Source of the DNA: Takakia lepidozioides
Taxonomy: Eukaryota; Plantae; Bryophyta
Reading direction: 5' to 3'
Length of the DNA: 64,000 nt
NCBI GenBank assembly: GCA_030704615.1
Contig: CM060733.1
Location: forward strand, 32,674,001 to 32,738,000
Positions 1 through 9,670 of this stretch are shown in pieces (the stretch's first letter is position 1; every line of letters starts with the position of its first letter). The translations under genes and the position numbers were made by a program. The notes below the pieces were generated by a model, which had not been told where the DNA came from, made no database searches, and saw only the letters and a list, made by a program, of their open reading frames with translations.

Positions 1-713
1 TTGAACCCCAACCCACCGGCCAATGCACAGAATGTCTACCAACGTTGTGCTGTTTTTATCATTATCGGGAAAAACAAAATAAGTATTTAAAACTTTTTTG
101 GAAAAAAGAATAGAATAGAATAGGAAAAAAAAGAATAGAAATGAAATAGGGTGGCACCGCGCGGCCAAGCGGGAATAAAGATAGGAACGAGAAAAAAAAA
201 GAAAAGAAAAGATAGGAACGAGAGGCTGTGAGGTGGCAAAAAGGTAATATTCGCAGAAAAAGGGTGCGCAGAGCTCTCCTTCCGCGCCTACTTCCATGGC
301 TTGCTGCGCAGGGCTTACAATCAATGCCCGCCCTACCTCGCACTCCGTTTCCCTGCTGCATCGACAGTCTGTGAGGACGACGAGGTTACTTAGCTGGAGT
401 TGTGATTGTCCCGTGTTGTGCCGTATGTTTCTCGGAAGTATCTGTGTGTTGTAGGAGTTGGTGTGTGAGAGTGTTGTGTCGGCGCCGTTGGCTTGCTGGT
501 CTGGAGACGTATAAAAGAGACCAACGGATGCGAGGCATTATTTTAGGTTGAAAGCTCGTCTTGCTTGGTGCGGAGAAAAGTTTGGTTCGGAGGGAGAACA
601 TGTATGTGTGTGCTTTGGACAATTGTCTCCCTGAAGTGGTGATACTGTAGTTTTCAACTCCGCATTTGGGAGCTGCTTACAACAAGCTTGCACTAGGTGC
701 AGTGCCGGTGACG

Positions 714-1223
714 ATGGGAAACACTGCAGTGAGCAGAAACAAGGGGGACAGGGAGGGTGTGACTGTTTTGAAAGCAGATGGGGAAGTTCTTACATTCTAC
801 CAGACAATTCGCGTGGCGGATTTGATGATCGGCTTCCCCAACCATTTTGTTTGCCACTCCAGTGACCTGATTCTCCTGCATCAGGGAAAGATTTTACCGC
901 GTCACACGGTTTTAACTCCCGAGGAGATCTACTTCCTTCTTCCTCTGCCAGGTTGTCAGCAAACGTATGAGGCGTCTTCAGACGATGCTGAGACTTCTTC
1001 CTTGTTGCAAGTAGATTCTCCATCTCGGGCGTCACAAAAGCCTAGGAGCATGAAGTTTGTCATTTCCAAAGAGCAATTTGCAAAGATTATTGCAGAAGGC
1101 TCCTTAAAAGACAAGAATGTATCTAGCGTAAAGAGAGCGAACGCTCAGACCACTCCATCAGCTAAGAGACCGGTGATGTGGCAGCCAGGACTTGCAAGCA
1201 TCGCAGAAGTTATCGCCAAATAA
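714..1223 (+). CDS. DUF4228 / PADRE-family protein, single exon
   Basis: ATG at 714 gives MGN (myristoylation-like). Family motifs: VLKADGEV..F...IRVADLM..FPNHFVCHS, L.P...L.PEEIYFLLPLP and C-terminal WQPGLASIAE. TATAAAA near 510. Confidence 0.85.
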   Translation: MGNTAVSRNKGDREGVTVLKADGEVLTFYQTIRVADLMIGFPNHFVCHSSDLILLHQGKILPRHTVLTPEEIYFLLPLPGCQQTYEASSDDAETSSLLQVDSPSRASQKPRSMKFVISKEQFAKIIAEGSLKDKNVSSVKRANAQTTPSAKRPVMWQPGLASIAEVIAK

Positions 1224-3329
1224 GTATAAACCGGCTAGAGATTTTGGAGCTCCAAACGGTAATCTTCATTGAGTCCTGGTCATGTCTTTCCTTTCCGTAA
1301 TATGTGGAGTGTCTTTCTTTCAAGTGCTGGACATTTGGAGCTTGGATGACTGTCAAACCTTTCCTGAGAGTTTATCTGGCAACATCACTTTTCATTGCTG
1401 GTTCTTGGCCATTGATACCAGTACCATGTTCTACCTTCGCGTTATTGTACATATGCAGGCCGTGCTCTAGACTTTGTAGATAGTTCTCTAATCTTACTCC
1501 CTGGCCGTGCATTGAACTTATGTATCTGTTTTCCTGGTTTGCAGAAATTATTCTCGGGAAGGAGATATTTGAGGAGCAAATGTTAGGTACCAACTGTGTA
1601 CATTATTTGAACTCCCGCCCTTTTCTGGCGAGCATGTTTTGGCATTGATGTTTTGGTGGAAAGTGTACAGCCGGGCGGCATACATAGTGTAAAATTCACA
1701 GTCTGTTCATGTGCAGAACCAAGATTTTTGGTTTCAAGCACTGTTACCGAAGTTTAGATCTATAGAACTCCCACAAACGATTGGGATACCACCAGTAGCC
1801 CCTTACTAAACAGGATGGGCAAGGTGTTTTGCATTACATAACTTGTACAATCTCAGACAGTAGCTTTGCAATAGATTGTCAGCCAGGATGCTCAAGAAAT
1901 CATGCTGCAACCGTACACACGGGATGTGTTCAAGCTCCTCCAGGTTGTAATCAGAAGCTCGTCTATTTGATGGAACTGCAACTTTCAAATTATATCAGGT
2001 CCAAACTCCGAGTCCTGTCAATGCTGCGATGCAGTAAGACATTGAGACTTGATTTTTGTTATGCCATTTTGATTTGCTGTTTGTCTTGTATTACACTTAT
2101 CTGTTAAACCGATTGGGTTTCTGTTGGTTTTTCCACTGTCTGTCTGGGCTCTGATGTTGTAGGTTTTGCCTGAATTGCTCTCTACTTGGGAGTTTGCTGG
2201 TCTCAGAAAACTTTGCTTTGTAGCATGCAATTGACTTGTGATCACTATTAAGATCGTGAGGTGGATTGTGATCATTACTCACAAGGTCTGATTAGTGTAA
2301 GATTTGTATCTGTTGGCCCTCTGATTGGGGCTGGGTAGTGATGAAATCTCATATTCCAGTTTTTGCCCAGGTATTAGAACTTACCTTACTCAACCCTTGG
2401 GCCAGGACTTGTCAACTCTGGGAATACGCCCGGCTGGGAACTTTACCTCCCACCTAAACTCCTCTTTCATTCCTTTGCTGATCTCAGAGGAATGGTGAAC
2501 AAACCTGTAGCTAAAACTTAAGAACTGGATGTCCAAACAAATGTGGTGACCTGTCCACTCTCTCACCTCGCGAAGTAAGATTGTCATATTTTTCAGTGTG
2601 GTGATATCCAGGCTCATGGAGAGAAGAGCAGAGAGAGATGATGTAATGTTAGTCCCCGGAATTCGTTGTACTCATTTATGCTGTTTACAAGATACTGTTC
2701 CTTTAGTGTGGGTCTAATCTCTAAACTCTAAACCATCGGTGCCAATTCTACCACTAGTGCCCACAAAGTGTGCCCACTGTCTCTCACATTTAATGAAGAG
2801 TAGTACTTGGAGCCTCATTTCAGAGTTTTCAATTTGCTTTTCATGGTCGCTGAATCTGGTGAAACTGCAGGTTTAGGTCTTCTATACATCAGAACCTCGT
2901 CGTTGGTGGCAAAACAATTATGTAATGTTGTCAGTTACTAACATAGCCGGATATACCAAGTGAAGGAGCCTGTGCCTTAGGGCCTGGCCGCACAGGGCAG
3001 CACAGACCCGTACCAAGTTTACTATGGGACGAATCTAGAGGTAGAGGGGAGGGTGGAGGGCAGACCACGTGCAGGAGGCGGTTCCCCCCGCAATGGCCGC
3101 ACAGGCCAGCACGTAATGGGATATCATAAAATTTCATCCCACGTTTCATTCTACTTTTACTTCCATGGGAACTTTTCTGGGAACTAATCGCGAACTTTTA
3201 TGCGAACTAATCGCGGCGGTTGCTACGGTGAGAACCGAGCATGTCTGAAGGAGAACACGAAAAGCCAAGGTAACTCCCCGGAGGCAACCCTCCGGAAGAT
3301 CTTCAGCATTTAAGGGACGATCTATCAGG

Positions 3330-3763
3330 AGCTGCATGGAAGGAGCTAGGCAATCAACATCGAACTTTGGGGGGGTAGCAAAGAATGGAAGAGGTGTTGC
3401 GGGACACCTCTTTTGGGTAAGCATTGCAGAGATTGAGCAGAGAACTTGTCTCATTTTCTGTCTTACCACTGGTTTTTATGTGAATAAAACCAGACTTCTT
3501 CCCATCAGTTGTGCATGCCTGCTGCATTTTACATAACCTGTTACTAGCTAGCAAGGACAGACATCTTGAGGGAATGCAATCTGCCCCTAGATGATGAGGG
3601 TGCAACTCGAGAAATGGACCCCTCTTCGTACCAGCTTCCTCGTGCAGTAGCTTCCATCACCGAGGAAAGATTACTACTTGAAGGCAGAATGGCCCGCGAA
3701 GACATTCTGGATTATCTAGTGAGGGTTCAGAATGGTAGGTACCGTCGACGCATGGGAATCTGA
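3330..3763 (+). pseudogene. Harbinger (DDE_Tnp_4/HARBI1-like) transposase, C-terminal remnant
   Basis: Frame around 3487-3546 reads KPDFFPSVVHACCILHNLLL (Harbinger ACCxLHN motif). It is preceded by a degenerate IE..FG..K..WK motif and followed by EGRMAREDILDYL. Frameshifted; N-terminal part absent. Confidence 0.75.
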
Positions 3764-4509
3764 GTGTAATATAAATGTATTCAGACTATATTGAATGTCT
3801 ACATATTGAACTTCTACTCCCCGGCGCTGGGAATTCAAAGGCCATTCCACTATGCACTCAGTCACTCGGTGTCAATGAAGAGGTCTAGAACAACTTCTCA
3901 CTTTCTTTCAAAACTGTACATTTGCTGGTCTCTGCAATCTGACCTCTCTTCCAATGGACCAATTGGGCCGCATATATATGCAGCACCTAAAGTCTCTTCA
4001 GTAGGAAGAGTGTCACAAAACCAGGGAGAAGGCAGCTACAAAAACTCTATGGGGGCAAATCCAACTTTTTCTGGTTTCAATCGCCAAAAGTTGACAAGTT
4101 TTCAGTCTCTTGCCAGATATTGGCTGGTGGCAGGCTTTCTAAAGGGAAAAAGGGATAGAAGATAAGGAGTATTACATAGAATGCTAGTAGTTCTACTGCG
4201 TAGTCCAAATCCTTTCAATATACCCTGTAGAGATTGTGGTGCCTTCTCCCTCTCTTGCAACCAAAGTGGGGATATTTCCCCACAGTGGATGGCAGTGTGA
4301 CCACAGCCAGATATGCCACTTCTATTTTTGATACAGGGTTGTTGTAGCAAGGTTAATCCACATTATGAAACCATAGACTCCGTCCCCCCTTTGGATCAAG
4401 CTCCACCCTTTACCTCATTTAATTTCATATCTTCTAAAGGCATTGGGGAGGGTCAGGGTGGGCTTCCCCAGAGTGACATCCCCCAAAAACCATCGCCAAA
4501 CTGGCAAAA

Positions 4510-5714
4510 TTACAGAAATGAAGTAAAAGCACTGCTGTCCTCCAAACACCATCGACTTGGGCAAGATCGACTCATTAAAAGCAAGTACACAGAGGACAAA
4601 TATCTTGTCAAAGACTCCATTGAGTGGGCCATCATCAGTAAAGCGTTTATCATATTTCCAATATTTTGTGCTTTCTGCACCTCCAATTGGTATAGCCTCT
4701 CCTCCATACTAGCCGAACTTGCTTCTCGCATGGCAAGCCTGGACTCGTGCTCCCTGTCGAGAGCAAGGACATTTGATCTCCATGATCTTTTGTCCGCTTC
4801 CTGAGCCTCCATTCGCCCCATGTAGTCGTTGTTAAAATCTTTAACAAAGTCGACAAGGTTGTCAGTCCCCATTTGCCTTCATTTCCGTCCACTAGAACCT
4901 GGTGTGCCATCGCGGAGGTTGCAGGTGTCTGCTGCTGTGCACTCGAGGACGTAGTGGTTGTCTCCGAGACAGTAGGGGTGCTGGATGGCAGTGTACCAGT
5001 ACCAACAGGGGTGGCCGTGCCTACAAAAGAAGAGGTGCCTGCACGTCCAAATCGTTGTGGGGTGTTGGAAGCCCTCCGATCGGTGTCAACAACTGTGTGC
5101 AAATATTGTCCTCTGCCCAAACCACGGGTCCATTGCATTGTACATGGCCTCAGAAAATTCAAGAGGGAGTCTTCTGGTCCTCGCAATTTCAACCTTTTCC
5201 ACCTTGGACAGCCCCCACCATGGACTACCTCCGCTGGAGCTCAAGTAGTCTTTCAATTTTTTGAATTGCTTCTGCACTGTGTCCCATTTGTTGATAATTT
5301 GCTCCACATCCCTTAGTCTGAATTCTGCAATTCCATGACACCCCTCCATTAGGCTCCTCCAGGCGTCCTTGCCATAGACGAATTTTTCGCTGGTGGCTGT
5401 GTTTGGGTGGTGGCGGTCCTCGTACTCCAACCATTTTTGCTTTATAAGAATGAGGGCTTCTGCTTCTGTCCAATTCGGTCCTCGGACTTTTGCTTGCAGT
5501 GCAGCTCGGCCAGCTCTCCCCCCCGCCTCCCATGACCACGAGCTGGAGCTCCTCCTCTTCCTGTTCCTGCATTGGAGGCAGTTGGTTGACTAAAGGCACC
5601 CACGTCAGGAGCAAGGGTCTCCTCAAATGTGTCACTGGAGTCCGGAAGCTGGGACTCGGTGTAGGCATTATTGACGCCCTCCACATCCTCCATCGCTGAA
5701 CAATATAACTGCAC
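4510..5714 (-). pseudogene. Harbinger Myb/SANT-like (trihelix-type) DNA-binding protein, frameshifted
   Basis: ORF pieces 5442-5714, 5086-5430 (W.....C....F..RDVEQIINKWDTVQKQFKKLKDY...WW.LS..EK...RLPLEF), an S/T-rich linker and coiled coil 4510-4872, spread over several frames. Confidence 0.75.
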
Positions 5715-5747
5715 ATGCAGGCAGCAGAGGTTAGTTTAGTTGTCCAC

Positions 5748-8700
5748 CTTGTGAAACGACCATTGACATCCCTTGCTCATAGAATTAACTTCCCAAACAT
5801 ACCAAAGGGAGAGAGGATCTACACAGGGCTTCAAAGTTCCTTTTTAACCTTCGTGATCTAATTCTATTTTTCCTTCAATTGTGCCTTGGTGTACCAAAAA
5901 TTTCCAGGTTTCTGGGGTGCCTGACTGCTAAAGAAGGAAGAGCAAGAGGATGAGGTTCTTAACCCTAAAACTGCAGCAGCCAAGGACTCCACTAACACGA
6001 ATATACTGAGAACCTTTAGTATTAGACTCCTCAATATACTCCAGCAATAAATTAATATGTAAAGTAATATTCAACAAATGTTTGAAGGAAACATGGTTCA
6101 GGCCATCATTATGATGCACAATTCCCCACGGGCATCAAACAAAGATTAGTCCACGAGTGTATACATCTCAGCCTGGAGTTCCCAGGGCACAGCAGCAGCC
6201 CTCACATCAGAGGGCTGGCATTAACACATGAAACCAACAAAGCCATGAGGAAAGCAATGGGCAGCGAAATGAACAGACAATTGTAAGTGATTGTAAAGGA
6301 AAAGCAAAGGAAGCCAGCGAAGCAAGGCAGCTAACCTGAAGTGAAATAATGGTAGGGTCAGAAGGTGGTTGTGGCGGTGATGGCGGTTGCAGTGGTGGTG
6401 ACAACTTCACTTGCTCACATCAGGTAACAAAGAGTACCCATTATCAGAGTCAAGTTGGTAAGTTTCATGGATCACTTGGACCTTCCATTGCTAAAGAAGG
6501 GCTGGAGTAATTTATAATTACGCCTTTGGTGATCTCAACACAGTTGCATGATGGCCATATGTAAGCACCATATGTTAAATTTATCCCACATGGCAGAATG
6601 TCTGGAAGTTTGATATCCACCTTGATGTCAGATCCTCGGAAAATGATGTAGTCATAGACTTTGTCACTGGCAGGGATCTGGGGCCCATCCTTCTTGCGGC
6701 CCTCTATCCCAAACAAACGTACTGCAAGCAACCCATCTCCCATAGGTCAGCAGCAAGCTTTGTTGCAAGTAAAATATCACCTTGGCTTATGCGGAAGTCT
6801 CTGACGCAGCACCGTTTCCTTCCATAGTTTATTTGGTGGAACATTAGTGGTCTCTAACATTACACATGCATGGAATGACATGAGCCCTCTATGCAAGGAC
6901 CCTAGGAAGAAGTGACCAGTGACAACTTGTTAACTGGTTGGTTCCTCTGTATTAAGAAGCACTCTACGCAATGAGATACACTTTCGATTCTGCAGTCAGA
7001 ATGACACTTTATGACTTCAGTTGGCATGTATCCAGAACTGTTTACAAGCACTCCATCAGGTAATCAACTGTCCCCCAACACTAGAGATCACTGGCATACT
7101 TATACCACTCCCATGGTAAACTCAAACCGTGTATACAAAGATACACGTAAGAGATACTCTACTTTTACCCTAACCAATCTTATTTGAGAGTCACTTCACT
7201 TGGCAGGGGAACAAAGGAATTAACTCAAGTGCAAATCAGTAGTCCCAACACAGATCGACAACTTTCAATCACACACAAGCTCATAAGGTTCAAAGACTAA
7301 CATGTTACAGCGTGCTACTCAAAGTAGGTAACACCACACGGTCACAAATGACACATGTTACCCTCCTCAAAGTACAGCTGAACGCAATATCTCCCAACCA
7401 AATTACAGAGAGGGGACTGATGGAGCCAACTAGAAACAACCAGGTATTGACTAATTCCCAATCTTCTGAGATGGATCCATAAACATGATTTCTAGAAAAT
7501 TGCAGAAGTACTTATGCACATTGGATTGAGAACAGACTGAAACAAAGTAACACATCATACCAAAACTGCAAATCCAAAATCAAGTGTGGCAAAACATGTG
7601 CACTTTCTCCCTACCCTTCCCTTGCTTTCCTTCACACATAGATTGCTTTGGAAGTATGGTATAAGACTGTCTGACAGCACCTACACAGAGACTGGCACTT
7701 GAGACAAGAACGAAAAGAACCCAGTTGTGCCTAACAAATACATAATCATATAAGTCACAGATTCGAGGGTCTCGGAAGAGTAGGAAAACAGCTGCATAGA
7801 GAAAAGATTTCCCCACCAATCGGGTCCTGTTACCATAGCATGAGACCCTGAAAAGAGAAGCTACCAAGTAACTTGTACAAAAGGAACTTCGCACATCTAG
7901 ATATCTAGCGCAAGACAAGAACTGAAGAACTACTCGTCAGGGTGCTCCAGCAAAGAACTCCGGGTGAAAGTCTTGGCGTGTCATGAAGCAAATGAGAAAA
8001 CTTCAAGCACCATAGCAGTCATGAAACGTGACACTGTCAACATAGACTTCATTCATTCTTTGATATCTACTGAACAAAAAAAGGGTCTCAACTGCATCAA
8101 GGAGCATTCCTAACCCCACTACTTGACAGTATTGAAATTATTCTGTGTGAAGCACACATGGCAAATTCCAATCACATGCTTTCAATTATGAAATGGAGTC
8201 CCTTAGCATGTGGAACCAAGATCAAGAACACTGTACGCAGGGGAAGGTACGACAGGTGGCACTTGGGACATACACAGCAGTGTTGAAGCAACATGAGAGG
8301 ATTATAGATTTTAAACAAGCCTTGCAACAAGAGAGTCGTGCAGCCCAGAACAATTTTCACACACAAAGAGCCACCTCTCACAGGAGGGTGACCACTTACA
8401 CTGGAATTCCTCTGAACAAGATCACCCCCTCGTGTTCTCAACAAGGCCAGAGGTTTGAAGAGCATCCCTTCATGCTGAAGAATTTACAGGTAAAGCCTGT
8501 GTTAGATCCTTATGCAGATCAACTACAAAAATGTACTTTTGACATGCACAAGGAAATTACCCAACGAGTTTGGGCCAACTGATCAATAGTGTCTACTTCC
8601 GGAAGAAACCCAGCTGACAGCTCTGCATACTGATCATCAAAGGACAAAAGCCTCACAAGTGAAGGAGCCCACTTCCAAGATCCAAAGACCTATATTTTCC

Positions 8701-9242
8701 CACGCAGTATGCACAACCTACATTTCATCAGTTGAAGTCATGCACTTGGAAAATGAGTAAGACGTATTTTTGCAACCCTGACTATATTCCTGAAGCTCAG
8801 AACATCCTTCAATAGAGAAAAAGTTAGTTGAAACCACAAAACTCCACATTCACTATTCTTGGAAGTCCCTGGGTTTTTCCATTTAGTGCATGCACCAGAA
8901 TTGAATGAGCTCTCCCTCCATCTCTCTCTCTACATTTCAGGTACGTCCCACTGCTGGAGCAATCCCCTCACAAAGGTATGTACTTTATGTTCCCCCTTGT
9001 TCGGTCCGAACTGGACGCGGGGCTATGGCCACAACCCACAGCAAACGTTTTATGAGTACATTCTGTCTCTCATGTATAGCATGCCAATTTGTGGCAACTG
9101 CTTGATACAGCAGCAGCAGCAACAGCAGTTGGTCGTTAGACAAACCAGATCACTAAGGCGCAAACAGACACACAGCGTGAAAGGTGACAAAGGCTCCAAA
9201 AATCGACGCACCAGGCAGTTTGTGAACCTCTATCCACTCCAT
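5748..9242 (-). pseudogene. Unidentified many-small-exon gene carried inside the Harbinger element (probably partly degenerate)
   Basis: Phase-consistent GT-AG exons from acaATGG at 9242: MEWIEVHKLP/VATNWHAIHERQNVLIKRLLW/DVLSFRNIVR/VFGSWKWAPSLVRLLSFDDQYAELSAGFLPEVDTIDQLAQTRW/HEGMLFKPLALLRTRGGDLVQRNSS ... VSCYGNRTRLVGKSFLYAAVFLLFRDPRICDLYDY ... SGTPETWKFLVHQGTIEGKIELDHE. Some downstream exons contain stops. Confidence 0.45.
6336..6721 (-). pseudogene. DCP5: LSM14/DCP5 (decapping 5) gene fragment: two exons plus intron
   Basis: Exon 6721-6621 encodes [34 protein letters not shown]; exon ~6413-6336 encodes QVKLSPPLQPPSPPQPPSDPTIISLQ. These match the LSM14 domain C-half of plant DCP5. No N-terminal LSM exon or FDF/FFD/TFG boxes were seen. 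Confidence 0.8.
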
Positions 9243-9670
9243 TGTTGGAAGCTCCAGCTCCCATATCCGGATGCTCGCAGTCTTGCGAAGCGTCAGCACT
9301 AAGCCGCTGTGCCTTCCTCTCCGCCCCAACGTTCCCTATGCCAAGTTCCCACGATGATAGAAGAATTCGGAGCGTGGAATCCATCGACTTTCATCCAGAT
9401 AGTTTGATATTTCCCGCAAACGGACCTCCAACTGTAGAGTTGGTATCCCACGATTCTAACGAAATTTCCGATATTTCCGTATTTTACGCGACGGAGATTC
9501 TCTCTGCGGCCCCCGTTAAGCGGGAAGTGGGGGTTAGCTGGCCGATTGCGGCCAGGCCCTTAGCTTGTCATCCACGGGTGCCTCATGCATCCATCCGGTC
9601 ATTGTAGTTTCATCCGAATGAAAGGCTGGGGGGCGTTTGATGGTTCCAATTTGGAGCTCGTTGGTCTGCA

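Larger units (their letters stand above)
2980..9559. mobile_element. PIF/Harbinger DNA transposon, non-autonomous, carrying gene cargo
   Basis: Perfect 13-bp TIRs GGGCCTGGCCGCA (2980-2992) / TGCGGCCAGGCCC (9547-9559), each flanked by TTA (2977-2979, 9560-9562). Contains convergent transposase and Myb/SANT gene remnants, the two-gene Harbinger architecture. Confidence 0.85.

Noticed and set aside
6336-9384. A complete DCP5 gene starting near 9264
   Set aside because: No exon encoding the N-terminal LSM half (YIGSLISL..RYEG) or the FDF/FFD/TFG boxes was found; the surrounding exons encode an unrelated sequence.
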